DNA from: Candidatus Heimdallarchaeota archaeon
Lineage (GTDB): Archaea > Asgardarchaeota > Heimdallarchaeia > JABLTI01
Assembly (NCBI GenBank): GCA_019056785.1
Contig: DXJV01000068.1
Span: forward strand, 64,001 to 128,000
Direction of reading: 5' to 3'
DNA length: 64,000 bases
Shown here: piece after piece, positions 20,408 through 30,304 of the stretch
Position numbering within the stretch: the first letter of the stretch is position 1
How the letters are laid out: every line of letters starts with the position of its first letter
Translations under genes and position numbers: made by a program
The notes under the pieces: model-generated
What the model saw: only the letters and a program-made list of their open reading frames with translations
What the model was told of the DNA's origin: nothing
Database searches by the model: none

Positions 20408-21367
20408 ATGAACATCCAGAAAAAAGTATCTGTGCTTGGAGGGCTTCTTACATTTGCCATCCTCGTCTCAGCATTAGTACCCACTGTGTCTGCTAAAACA
20501 AACAAAATTCATGTTTCACATGGCTCAGAAGGGATTTTAGTACAAACGGAATATTTAACCTTGAAAATTCTGGATAATAGTCCAAATTTCATTTGGTGGC
20601 TTGGCAATCAGAGCTCTGCAGATGAAATATATCAAGTGAATTTCCATCTAATCCAAGAATTCTTTGGAAGTGACTCAATCCTAGACAACATTACCGAATT
20701 AGGGGGGATTGCTTATATCTTTAAGGGGAATCAATGGTCCGTCGATATAGTTGAGAGCGATGCCGCTGTTCAGGTTACCCTTACTTTAGCAGGACTCTCA
20801 AATGGTGCGATGATCCAATTCATTATTACTGTGTTTGAAGAAGATCAAACATTACCAAACACAGAAATCAAAGGATTGTCAGAGGTTAAAATAGATATCA
20901 TTGTTGATAATTGGCATTTTAGTAAGGACGCTAAAGGATATGCAATCCAAACGATCATTTCGGAAATGCAACATAAACATCAAATGCGCATTCGAAATGG
21001 CACTCAAACTGAAAATGGTAACCACCATCGAACAATGCAATTCGAAAACATAGAACACGGCACAAAGAAAGTCGCTTATTATAAATGGGCAACTTTTGCT
21101 AATGTCTATTCAAACGACACCCTCATTGATACCATTGACGTTGGAACATTTTACTCTATTGATATTCCTCGTATTCCTGGCCCAGCGAGTGGCAGCCCAA
21201 ATGTCTTCTTAACTTATCCTAATTATGGCAATGGGTATAAACTCGTCCACGATCCCTCGGTTGGCGTTTATCCAAACTCCCTGTCAATTCCACTCTCAAC
21301 CATAGCTATTCTCGGGGGTTTGGTAATGATTGTAGCCATCGCTGTAATAATAAAGAAACGAAAATAG
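20408..21367 (+). CDS. Exported beta-rich protein with C-terminal TM anchor (paralog A2)
   Basis: Signal peptide (..VSA|K), PNFIWW, EVKIDIIVDNWHF, YYKWA, LVHDPSVGV, TM + KKRK; GGAGG ribosome-binding site. Confidence 0.85.
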   Translation: MNIQKKVSVLGGLLTFAILVSALVPTVSAKTNKIHVSHGSEGILVQTEYLTLKILDNSPNFIWWLGNQSSADEIYQVNFHLIQEFFGSDSILDNITELGGIAYIFKGNQWSVDIVESDAAVQVTLTLAGLSNGAMIQFIITVFEEDQTLPNTEIKGLSEVKIDIIVDNWHFSKDAKGYAIQTIISEMQHKHQMRIRNGTQTENGNHHRTMQFENIEHGTKKVAYYKWATFANVYSNDTLIDTIDVGTFYSIDIPRIPGPASGSPNVFLTYPNYGNGYKLVHDPSVGVYPNSLSIPLSTIAILGGLVMIVAIAVIIKKRK

Positions 21368-21377
21368 TTTTTCTCTT

Positions 21378-21410
21378 GATGTGGTCCGGGTTGTATGCCG
21401 GGGCCACATC
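21378..21410 (+). terminator. GC-rich hairpin after A2 (terminator or mRNA-stabilising stem)
   Basis: GATGTGGTCC...GGGCCACATC 10-bp stem with one G-U, 10 nt after the stop. Confidence 0.6.
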
Positions 21411-21462
21411 ACCCTCTAAATCAAAAGAATCTTATTGCTAACAGATTTAATATTTATTAGTA

Positions 21463-22560
21463 GTGAAGGTTGATGCTCAAATGATGAAGCTAAAAGCTAT
21501 CCTTATTCATGTTTTCCTCTCATTAGCTCTTCTTACCTCTCTGTCACACTCTCAACATATGAGTTCCCTACCACTGGCTACCCCCTCGGGGGAGCTCAGG
21601 CCACCTTTCTCACAAACAATTAACCTTGCAACGAGTAATAATGAAACCTTGCTCAGCCATGTGATGGAGGTTGATATTCAAATAGATTTCACCGTCAAAG
21701 TAACCTCAACTTTTGTTCTTGCTAATAACAACAGCTATCCCATTTCCAACTTTCTTTTGACTATCAATATGACCATCTTTTCTGTCTTTTGCTCTGACCC
21801 TTTGGGCCCCCTCGATTTTCAATGGATGGTCGCCCCTGAATTTGGCAACCTAATTAATATCTCTATGCGCTTCCCTCTCCTTTCAAATAATATCTACGTC
21901 TTTTCTGTTACATATGTTATAGATCATATAATTTATCATAATGAGGGGTCCTTGGATTATTATGGACTAGACTTTGAGGTAACCCACCCTCGAAACACTG
22001 AAACCTTTGTTCTGGACCTCTCTCTACCAGTGTATGCTACTATTGTAAAGGATGCCCCTTTTGAACCTATTTTCCCCTCAGCTAACAAGATTTACAAAGA
22101 AAATGAAGTTGTGACCGTAGAGTGGCAATTGGACCAACGTATTGCCAATGAAACAGATATCTTCCTTGTTAGATTTGCTTTTGGGGTTGAAAATACCGGC
22201 AATAACTTTCCTTACAATGCCCTTTTTTACCCTCTGACAGTATTATTCAGTCTTCTTGTTGGAGGGGCCATTGTTTTTCTCGTTTTACATTTTAGGAATA
22301 AACCTGTTGAAAAAGAACTTGTAACAGCTCTTCTCACAAATACAGAACAAGAAATCATTAAAGCCATCAATGCAGATGGTGGCATTTCCACCCAAAGAAG
22401 GATCTGTGAAAAAACAGGCTATTCAAAGTCTAAAGTCTCACAAATTTTAACAAAACTTGAAGAAAAAAAGGTTCTTAAACGCGAGCGATGGGGCCGTACA
22501 AATAAAGTCACAATTACAAACAGCTCAATGCGACAACTGGGGATGTTGGAGTCCAAATAA
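21463..22560 (+). CDS. Membrane-anchored wHTH regulator (R2), paralog of R1
   Basis: Same architecture as R1; shares DPxGPLxFxW, INISMRxPLL and SKSKVSQILxKLEEKxVLKRERWGRTN. Confidence 0.85.
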   Translation: MKVDAQMMKLKAILIHVFLSLALLTSLSHSQHMSSLPLATPSGELRPPFSQTINLATSNNETLLSHVMEVDIQIDFTVKVTSTFVLANNNSYPISNFLLTINMTIFSVFCSDPLGPLDFQWMVAPEFGNLINISMRFPLLSNNIYVFSVTYVIDHIIYHNEGSLDYYGLDFEVTHPRNTETFVLDLSLPVYATIVKDAPFEPIFPSANKIYKENEVVTVEWQLDQRIANETDIFLVRFAFGVENTGNNFPYNALFYPLTVLFSLLVGGAIVFLVLHFRNKPVEKELVTALLTNTEQEIIKAINADGGISTQRRICEKTGYSKSKVSQILTKLEEKKVLKRERWGRTNKVTITNSSMRQLGMLESK

Positions 22561-22621
22561 GAAAAGACCATTATACGCGTTAGATACTTTCAAATAAGAG
22601 AAATAGAGTTACCAATACCAA

Positions 22622-23392
22622 ATGCCTCAACAACAATTCACAATCATTCCCGGTGCAGAACCATTTCGTTTAAAGGGTAAAGGGCCGAAAGTCTTACTCA
22701 TCCACGGCTTTACTGCCAGCCCGACAGAAATGCGCCCAATTGGTGATTTCCTCCATTCAAAAGGAGCGGATGTTTATTCTGTTCTACTGGCAGGACATGG
22801 CACGACGCCTGAAGATCTTCAAACTAAGAAATGGCCTGATTGGTGGGGATCAGTAAAGAACGCCTTCGAAACAATCGATGGTTGCGAGTTTGTCATAGGC
22901 TTTTCCACAGGAGCGCTTCTTGCAAGCCGTCTTGCAGTTGAATATCGCGAGCAATTAAAAGGAGTCATTCTTATCTCCACTTTTTTGAAGATAAAACCAT
23001 TAATTCTCTCAAGGTTATCTTTTCTCTTTCCGATAATTAAACGTTTAAAACCATATATCAATAAAAGCGCTGAAACCGAGCAATTTTTCAAAAAGCATCA
23101 TTTGATTAGTTATTTAAAATACCCTATGGCCGCAGTTGAGGAAGCAATAAAATTAGTGAAATTCACTAAAAAACATGTTCTTCCAAGAGTAACCATTCCG
23201 ACACTGGTAATTCAAGGTGCAAAAGACGATCGCATCCATCCCTCAAGTAGTAAACTATTGATGCGTTTACTTTCAACAGAGAATAAGCGCTTAGTTATGC
23301 TTCCCAATTCTCAGCATATAGTTTCTGTTGGACCTGATAGAGAGCTTCTTTTCAATACCATTTATAAGTTTATAAGTACACTCGAGAAGTAA
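22622..23392 (+). CDS. Alpha/beta hydrolase (carboxylesterase/monoacylglycerol lipase-like)
   Basis: HGFTASP, GHGT, GFSTG nucleophile, D...H triad. Confidence 0.9.
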   Translation: MPQQQFTIIPGAEPFRLKGKGPKVLLIHGFTASPTEMRPIGDFLHSKGADVYSVLLAGHGTTPEDLQTKKWPDWWGSVKNAFETIDGCEFVIGFSTGALLASRLAVEYREQLKGVILISTFLKIKPLILSRLSFLFPIIKRLKPYINKSAETEQFFKKHHLISYLKYPMAAVEEAIKLVKFTKKHVLPRVTIPTLVIQGAKDDRIHPSSSKLLMRLLSTENKRLVMLPNSQHIVSVGPDRELLFNTIYKFISTLEK

Positions 23393-23500
23393 ACTGAATG
23401 AAAATTTAATTGCTCTTTAGAAATACTTAAGATTCACTCTATTGCAGAGTTTCATTAAGAACAGCTGCGAGCAAAGGCTTTGAAAAAAGTGGTGGCATAG

Positions 23501-24580
23501 ATGAATAAGAAGAAAGGACTAACCTACAAAGACTCCGGTGTTGATATCTTTGAAGAAGGGGAAGCAATTGACCAAATCTGGCGCCTTCTCCCTAAAACAT
23601 TTCAATTGAACCCGAAAGTGAAATTTCTCCCAGCTATTTCCCATTATGGCGGCATTGTTGATATTGGTATGCCAGATAAATATCTCGTCGTCACTGTTGA
23701 TGGGGTAGGCTCCAAAGTTCTCATCGCTGAGATGTTAGAAAAATACGACACTGTTGGCATTGATTGTATTGCGATGAATGTTAATGACCTCATTTGTGTT
23801 GGCGCTGAACCACTTGTTTTTGTGGACTATTTCGCAATAGAACAACCAAATAGTCACATGGCCTATCAAATCACACAAGGCTTAGTGAAAGGAGCCGAGC
23901 AAGCAAAAATGGTTATTATTGGTGGCGAAACAGCCACTCTTCCGGACATTATTCGAGGTGTAGACGGGAAGGGATTTGACCTCGCTGGTACAGCAATTGG
24001 TATTGTTGACAAAAACAAACTTCTTTTAGGGGACAAAATCCAACCGGGTGATGCCATCTTTGGCATTGCAAGCAGTGGGCTTCATTCCAATGGTTATTCA
24101 CTTGTCCGAAAAGTCTTGTTGGAAAAACATGCAATTACTGACACTGTTAATGGCATTAGCTTAGCAGAAGAGCTTCTTCGCCCAACAGCAATTTATGTTC
24201 AAGAGGTGCTTGAATTAATTGACAAGGTAGAGCTTCATGGCTTAGCAAATATAACCGGTGGGGCTTTTCTTAAGCTTGCACGTCTTTTGCGTCAGTCAAA
24301 AGAAGAGATTGGCGTTCTTCTCAACAACCTTCCGGAACCACCACTCATTTTCAAATTAATTCAATCACTGGGAAACATCTCGAACAAGGAAATGTATCAA
24401 ACCCTTAATATGGGAATTGGCTTTTGCATTATCGCACCGCCAAAGGCTTTTACTAAGATCAAAGAGATTTGTACAAAATATAACAAAACCGTTTATCAGA
24501 TAGGTAAAATTACGAATAAAAAGCAAATTACTATCAAATTGCCTTCTGAAACACTTGATTACCCAACCAACAAATATTAA
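23501..24580 (+). CDS. purM: AIR synthase
   Basis: YKDSGVD, DGVGSK, MNVND, GGETA, SSGLHSNGY, LNMGIG. Confidence 0.97.
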   Translation: MNKKKGLTYKDSGVDIFEEGEAIDQIWRLLPKTFQLNPKVKFLPAISHYGGIVDIGMPDKYLVVTVDGVGSKVLIAEMLEKYDTVGIDCIAMNVNDLICVGAEPLVFVDYFAIEQPNSHMAYQITQGLVKGAEQAKMVIIGGETATLPDIIRGVDGKGFDLAGTAIGIVDKNKLLLGDKIQPGDAIFGIASSGLHSNGYSLVRKVLLEKHAITDTVNGISLAEELLRPTAIYVQEVLELIDKVELHGLANITGGAFLKLARLLRQSKEEIGVLLNNLPEPPLIFKLIQSLGNISNKEMYQTLNMGIGFCIIAPPKAFTKIKEICTKYNKTVYQIGKITNKKQITIKLPSETLDYPTNKY

Positions 24581-24587
24581 TTCCTCT

Positions 24588-25331
24588 CTAAAGAACCAAC
24601 GGCAAATTGTCCTTAGTAATAATTCCTTTGTGAAACGCTGTTGCTATTAAACAGCCACCTACTGCCATTTTTTTAAGTGCAATAACATCAGTAATATTTC
24701 TAACTCCTCCCCCGGCAAAAATTGGTGTCTTAGGTTTTCTAGCTAAAATCTCGAGGAGTGGTTTGCTAATTGGCCCGGTGCTTTTTCCAACCTTTCGAAT
24801 GTCCAAAACAATTACAGCATAAAGTTGCAGCGGCTCAATAAACTCGAGAAGTTCGAGTAACGGCATTTTTTGTAGTCGTTCATTTTTTGCCAGTATTTGT
24901 CCATTCACCAAATCAATACTAACAAGAATTTTCTCACCACCGACGACTTTGACGAGCTCAGAGACAGTCTCGAGTGATTCTATTGTCTCCGTTCCAAGAA
25001 TGACTTTATCCACGCCCCACGAAAACAATTTTATTGCTTCATTAACAGTTTCAACTCCTCCATCCAACATAATTTTCCATCTTTTGTTTTGAGCAATTTG
25101 CCGGATGCTATTTTCATTGCAATTACTATTTTCTGTTTTTTGTATTAGATTAAGATCTGCGATATAAAATGTCTTTAAACCAAGTTTCTCAGCGAAATTA
25201 CTCGCAACAATAAATGGCTCCGGACTTGAGGAAATAATAGATTGCTCTATTGGTCGGTAGTTCTTTCGCTTGCCTGCAACACCGTGAACTACAACACCAT
25301 CTAAAATGTCTAGGACAGGAATAACTTTCAT
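24588..25331 (-). CDS. HisA/HisF-related TIM-barrel protein
   Basis: VIPVLDILDGVVVHG..G.R..YRPI, YIADL, DGG, GGGVR. Confidence 0.8.
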   Translation of the reverse strand: MKVIPVLDILDGVVVHGVAGKRKNYRPIEQSIISSSPEPFIVASNFAEKLGLKTFYIADLNLIQKTENSNCNENSIRQIAQNKRWKIMLDGGVETVNEAIKLFSWGVDKVILGTETIESLETVSELVKVVGGEKILVSIDLVNGQILAKNERLQKMPLLELLEFIEPLQLYAVIVLDIRKVGKSTGPISKPLLEILARKPKTPIFAGGGVRNITDVIALKKMAVGGCLIATAFHKGIITKDNLPLVL

Positions 25332-25444
25332 GAGTAAAGCAACCCGACTTTTAAATTAAATCTTTTTAGGCATTAAGTGAAAAAAGTTTTAATAAGGCTC
25401 GCAACCTTATCATTTCAAAGCATTTTACGGGGCATTCACTATAA

Positions 25445-26701
25445 ATGGACAGGATTCGAAGTGGCTTGTTTTCTGCAATTACTAATGTTCCTTTTCGGGC
25501 TGGGAAATTAGCAATAGAACGTGTCAATAGCCAAACAATGGACTCAAATCCTGCTCTCTGTCTTGTTTTTTTCTCGGAACGGTATGCAGACCCTGAGCTA
25601 GTCCATGGTATCATCCAAAAAATCAACCCTGATGTTGTAGCTGGTTGTTCAACAAATGGAGAAATCGCTGCTGGTTATTGGCGTGAAAGTGTGATCGCCA
25701 TTTCGCTTTCAACAGATTTCATGCGATTTGGTATTGCAGTTGAAGCTAACGAAAAACTGGCTAACGCTAATGATGGAATAGTTTACGAGGATTTCTACAA
25801 GCGAGCATTAACAGACTTACGCAATAAGCTTCTCTTTCAAGAGAACAAAATGGTTCTGCCAGTGAATCCAAAACACATGAACCCAGATTTTGGCTTGTTG
25901 TTTCTTCCAGGAACGGACCCTGACAGCGAACCAAAAGCGAATACCGTTATCCAAGGACTCCGGAAATATCTCGGTGAAATCCCCCTAATAGGGGGGAGTA
26001 TTGGTGATGACTACAATTATGAGAATGGTTATGTTATTTTTAAAGATGAATTTCTCGAGAATCACACATTACTTATCCTTGGCCGGTCCGATTTGGAATT
26101 CTCTATGGCACAAGTCCATGGCTATCACATTAAAAAAGAGTTCACTGTTACAAAAGCGATCAATAATCGCATAGTTTCTCTTAACAATGAACCAGCCTCT
26201 TTGGTTTATTTCCGCGAATTAAATTTACCTGTCGTTGAGATCTCCGATTTACGAGATGAAATTTGTGCTTTGAATCCTTTCGGTATTAAAGATCAATCTA
26301 CAGGAGAACTTCAAATCCTTTTCCCTATGTCACGGGGGAAAGAAGCAAAAGAATTGACTGTTTCTCAAGTAATCCCTGAAGGCGCAACAATCTATTTTAC
26401 CGAAGCAGAACTTGACGCTGCAAAAAAAGCCTCCCTAGATGCAATCAAAAAAGCGTATGTCGATGGCGCCATCAAGGACCCTCGTTTGGGCATTCTCTTT
26501 TCATGTGGGGGACGAAGTACATTCTATTTTGATCGCGCATTAGCAGAGATTGAAGAAATTAAAAAACGCTTCAAATATACAAATATTGGTGGTGCCTACC
26601 TCTATGGCACCCTTTGTGGAAAGAACAATTGGGTTTCAGAAGGCTCCAGTAGTGTTTTGTTGATTGGCAATGAACTCCGTAAGCGCCCGGAAATGAAATA
26701 G
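25445..26701 (+). CDS. Stand-alone FIST (N+C) sensory-domain protein
   Basis: GCSTNGEI, IGGSIGDD, FSCGGR, GAYLYG. Confidence 0.85.
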   Translation: MDRIRSGLFSAITNVPFRAGKLAIERVNSQTMDSNPALCLVFFSERYADPELVHGIIQKINPDVVAGCSTNGEIAAGYWRESVIAISLSTDFMRFGIAVEANEKLANANDGIVYEDFYKRALTDLRNKLLFQENKMVLPVNPKHMNPDFGLLFLPGTDPDSEPKANTVIQGLRKYLGEIPLIGGSIGDDYNYENGYVIFKDEFLENHTLLILGRSDLEFSMAQVHGYHIKKEFTVTKAINNRIVSLNNEPASLVYFRELNLPVVEISDLRDEICALNPFGIKDQSTGELQILFPMSRGKEAKELTVSQVIPEGATIYFTEAELDAAKKASLDAIKKAYVDGAIKDPRLGILFSCGGRSTFYFDRALAEIEEIKKRFKYTNIGGAYLYGTLCGKNNWVSEGSSSVLLIGNELRKRPEMK

Positions 26702-26709
26702 TGGCAATA

Positions 26710-27657
26710 CTATTCTTTCGAAGAAACATTCTCTAGAAAGACATTGGCATTATGCCACCCCTCTCGCCGGAGGATTTCATTTGACATTCGGAGCACCTTG
26801 AGTTTCTTATGAAGGCAAACAAATTTCAACGGGAGGTTGCCAAGCGGTTCACCCATTGAATGAGCGGGGATGGTTTTTACGGCATTTGTTGAAATTACGA
26901 CCTTTTTTCCTCGCAGCACCTCCACTTTAGGGTGTTCAATATGTGTTCCATCTGAGAGTTTCCGTGAAGTGATTAAAGACTCGAACACACCCGTATTGCC
27001 TATAATGACGACATCCAATAGTCCATCGTCAATAATTGCATTGGGGGCGACTAATTTGCCATTGCCAACGCGCTGTCCATTACAAACCATCACTGAAAGG
27101 CACTTTTGATCTCTTACCTCTCGCCCATCATCGATATCAATATGCATGTGACGAGGTCGATATTGAAAGAAGGATTTTACCAAGCTAATGTTATAGCTTA
27201 TTCTGGAGTCTTTTCCGATGACTTTATTTGCTACAACAGCATCAATGCCCGCGCCGGTAACACCAAGGCAATATCTTTCCCCATCATTTATTTCGATGCA
27301 ATCCACGACACGGGTTTGTTTCTCGGTGAGCATTTGTATTATATCGTCAATTTTATTTGTCTGTCGCAGGCTGAAGGCATTATCATTTCCTCTTCCAGCC
27401 GGGATGATTCCCAAGGTTGTTTTAAAACCCGTTTGACCAATTGCGGTAACAATCTCATTAATTGTACCGTCCCCACCATAGGCAACGATGATTTTATGGT
27501 CACTAATAGACTCTTTTGTGATTCTAATGGCGTCATTCCGCCCTTTTGTCCATTCCACTTCAAAATCAAGTTGAGCCTCTTTTAATTTCTTCACGATTGC
27601 TGGCCAAGCTTTTCGTGCTTTTCCACCGAAAGTCACAGGATTACAAATGATTTTCAA
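26710..27657 (-). CDS. Diacylglycerol/lipid kinase family (DAGK/YegS)
   Basis: NP..GG, GGDGTINE, IPAGRGND, GAGIDA, DDGLLDV; probable TTG start at 27657. Confidence 0.9.
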   Translation of the reverse strand: MKIICNPVTFGGKARKAWPAIVKKLKEAQLDFEVEWTKGRNDAIRITKESISDHKIIVAYGGDGTINEIVTAIGQTGFKTTLGIIPAGRGNDNAFSLRQTNKIDDIIQMLTEKQTRVVDCIEINDGERYCLGVTGAGIDAVVANKVIGKDSRISYNISLVKSFFQYRPRHMHIDIDDGREVRDQKCLSVMVCNGQRVGNGKLVAPNAIIDDGLLDVVIIGNTGVFESLITSRKLSDGTHIEHPKVEVLRGKKVVISTNAVKTIPAHSMGEPLGNLPLKFVCLHKKLKVLRMSNEILRREGWHNANVFLENVSSKE

Positions 27658-27923
27658 TTTTAGACACCATCCCAGTGTTATTGGAAGTAGCAATCAGTTC
27701 TGTCAGTTAAGCTACTTTTTCTCAAGAAAGTCTATTACTTTCCGCATTTTAAGTTTTGTCGCAAAAGAAAGCTTCTTTTAGGGACAAAAATAATTTGATA
27801 GTAGAAGATAAAAAAACTCTTAAAGAATTAACGAGTAAGAAAAGAGTATTATTTAATTCACAAATCATAACCAAACCAGAGTAAAAAAAGAGATTCCCAT
27901 AAAAAGGGGGTTAGCAAAGAAAA

Positions 27924-28676
27924 ATGCCCATTGCAAAACAAGTGATGATTCTTACAAAAGAGGGGTTATTACTCTTAGATCATAAATTTAGAACCGACGA
28001 CCATTTTTTTATCGATACAGATTCTGATTTGCTTTCAGGTATGCTTTCAGCCATTCTTTCTGTTGCAAAAGAAATGACCGGCGGGATCGTACAAACAATT
28101 AATCAAGACAAGTACAATGTGCTAGTCAGTGAAGGCGAACATATCTATGTTTTACTTTTTATTGATGAAGGGAGTAAAGAACTGAATAAAATTGCCAAAT
28201 TAATTGCGCGTGAATTTGAAAGCAAGTTTAAAGAAGAACTCGAGGAGCTTATTCCTGATCCTTCTGTCTTTCGCCCCTTTATAACGGAACTTGAAGCAAT
28301 CTACGCACAATTATTTAGAGTAGATGCCGAGCTTCTCTCGAAACTCATTCCGGAAGTAACTACTATAATGAATGTGTCGATTTTCGAGAAGCCTATGAAC
28401 CATCAAGTCTATTCCGGCCCACGCGATTCCTTTGTCAGCGAGTATGAACACAGCTACAATGAATTTATTATCAAATTGATTGAAACACAATCTGACCTCA
28501 CAGAAAAGACACTCGACTTCCCTAAAAGAGCGATCATTGAATTCATGGACAGGGTAATAATCTTAGAGGACTTGGGAACACATGTCTTGACAATCATTGG
28601 TAATGATAGAGATGAATTGATTAACAAAGTTAAAAAGATACGAAAAAAGGCCGGCATGGGAATTACTAGAAAATGA
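27924..28676 (+). CDS. Longin-domain protein with a second longin/roadblock-like domain
   Basis: ILTKEGLLL...LLSGMLSAILSVAKE...IAREFESKF pattern typical of Asgard longin domains. Confidence 0.7.
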   Translation: MPIAKQVMILTKEGLLLLDHKFRTDDHFFIDTDSDLLSGMLSAILSVAKEMTGGIVQTINQDKYNVLVSEGEHIYVLLFIDEGSKELNKIAKLIAREFESKFKEELEELIPDPSVFRPFITELEAIYAQLFRVDAELLSKLIPEVTTIMNVSIFEKPMNHQVYSGPRDSFVSEYEHSYNEFIIKLIETQSDLTEKTLDFPKRAIIEFMDRVIILEDLGTHVLTIIGNDRDELINKVKKIRKKAGMGITRK

Positions 28677-28773
28677 TGCTCTTTTTTCTGAGCAGTAAAC
28701 TGAAGAGTCACAAAACAGTAACCTTTTAAAAGCTAAAAAAGGAAAAAAGAAAAAAAGAATGGTCGGATGAATT

Positions 28774-29322
28774 TTGAGAGATAGACTGAAAAAATTGTGG
28801 CCTGAAATTAGCTGGATAAAAGATGAGCAGCTAAAAGAAGCTGTTTACCAAACATGGGAAAAAGCACTGGAGCAGAGCGTTCTGACTCCTGATGACCTGG
28901 AAACAATTCCCTTCACCTTACTAATCAAAGATTGTAAAGTAACTTTTATGGAACATAAGCGAGCGGTCGTACATATCGCTGTGGAATCTGCAAAAGTGAT
29001 GCAGAAATTCTTCGGTGAGAAATTGCCCATTAATATGGATAAACTCATTGCAGGGGCGATTCTCATTGATGTTGGCAAATTAATTGAGTACGTCAAAAAA
29101 GATGGAAAAGCCATTGTTGGAAAGATAGGTAAACTCTTGCGGCATCCCTTTACAGGAGTAGCGCTAGCGATGAGCTGTGGCGTGCCAGAAGATGTTTGCC
29201 ATATGATTGCTGCACACTCGAAAGAGGGCGACCTCGGAAAAAGAACCGTGGAAGCAATCATCGTTCATCATGCAGACTTTATCAGCTATGAACCATTTAA
29301 AGAAGATGTTTTACGATTCTAA
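28774..29322 (+). CDS. HD-domain protein (HD motif appears as ID)
   Basis: EH...ILIDVGK...RHP...AAHS...HHAD. Confidence 0.8.
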   Translation: MRDRLKKLWPEISWIKDEQLKEAVYQTWEKALEQSVLTPDDLETIPFTLLIKDCKVTFMEHKRAVVHIAVESAKVMQKFFGEKLPINMDKLIAGAILIDVGKLIEYVKKDGKAIVGKIGKLLRHPFTGVALAMSCGVPEDVCHMIAAHSKEGDLGKRTVEAIIVHHADFISYEPFKEDVLRF

Positions 29323-29375
29323 AAAAACAGTGCAAATCGCAGAAACATTACAGACAAAAGGAGCGGAAAGAGCCA

Positions 29376-30044
29376 TTACTTGTGGCGCGTCATCCGTTGG
29401 ATGAACCGCTCAACTCTTTTTCGAGGGAGCCTAACTGGTTTGCGATGTGTGGGAATGGCATAATCCCAATCGTAGTCCAAGACAGTTGATAATGTCTGGC
29501 GCCAGAGAGAAAAATCATCGTGATATTTTTTAAAGACAGGGTGGAGCAGGCCAAATAAGCGCATGAAAAGGTCACCGGCAAGAAGAATACGTTCTTCCTC
29601 TAAGAGAAGACAAAGATGACCAAAAGTATGCCCTGGGGTGTGAATGGCACGAAGCTTGAGTGTAGCGTCAACATATTCATCATGCTTGACTGTGCGAGTA
29701 ATGTGGATAGTGTTACGAGAGGGTTCTGGAAGAAATTCTGAGAAATGTTCAGCAGTATGCTCATGAGCAACAAGCGGTATAGAACGACCGCCAAGAGCCG
29801 AAAGAAGCGCTGGTAAGCCACCAATATGATCTGGATGGCGGTGCGTAAAAACAATTAGTGAAAGACGAGTAAGAGCCTCATCGCCAAGGGCAGCAAAGCC
29901 ATGGAAAAGATGCGTAGCAGAAGGGTCAAGACCAGCATCAACTAAAAGAAGAGACCTATCGGGACGTTCGAGAACAAAAACAGACTCACTTTTGAGAAGA
30001 GAACCAGAAAACGAAACAAGAGTTGGGGAAAAACGGCGAAGCAA
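29376..30044 (-). CDS. Metallo-beta-lactamase-fold hydrolase
   Basis: THRHPDHIGG, TPGHTFGH, AGD, PTH. Confidence 0.88.
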   Translation of the reverse strand: MLRRFSPTLVSFSGSLLKSESVFVLERPDRSLLLVDAGLDPSATHLFHGFAALGDEALTRLSLIVFTHRHPDHIGGLPALLSALGGRSIPLVAHEHTAEHFSEFLPEPSRNTIHITRTVKHDEYVDATLKLRAIHTPGHTFGHLCLLLEEERILLAGDLFMRLFGLLHPVFKKYHDDFSLWRQTLSTVLDYDWDYAIPTHRKPVRLPRKRVERFIQRMTRHK

Positions 30045-30304
30045 GAGGGAATCACCAAAGAAGGAGAGACCCCAGTCCTAATAAAAATATCGTTGGAAAC
30101 AAAAAAGGAAAAAGCTGCTTCAAGAAAACCTAATCTAAAAATAACAATGAGAAAATTATTAGATGACTCTCAAGATAAAAGCCTCTGTTGGCGATCTCTT
30201 TCTTCAAATTGTCTTATCTTAAGAATAAATTAATAAAATAATACTAGACAAGAGTCTTAGATAATAATGGTAATCTCATTTGGAATTCAATGTTAAGTCA
30301 TTTA

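Noticed and set aside
29700-30075. T-poor, purine-rich + strand stretch
   Set aside because: Mostly explained by Leu/Ser/Phe-rich codons of the minus-strand MBL gene; no repeats or credible second ORF.
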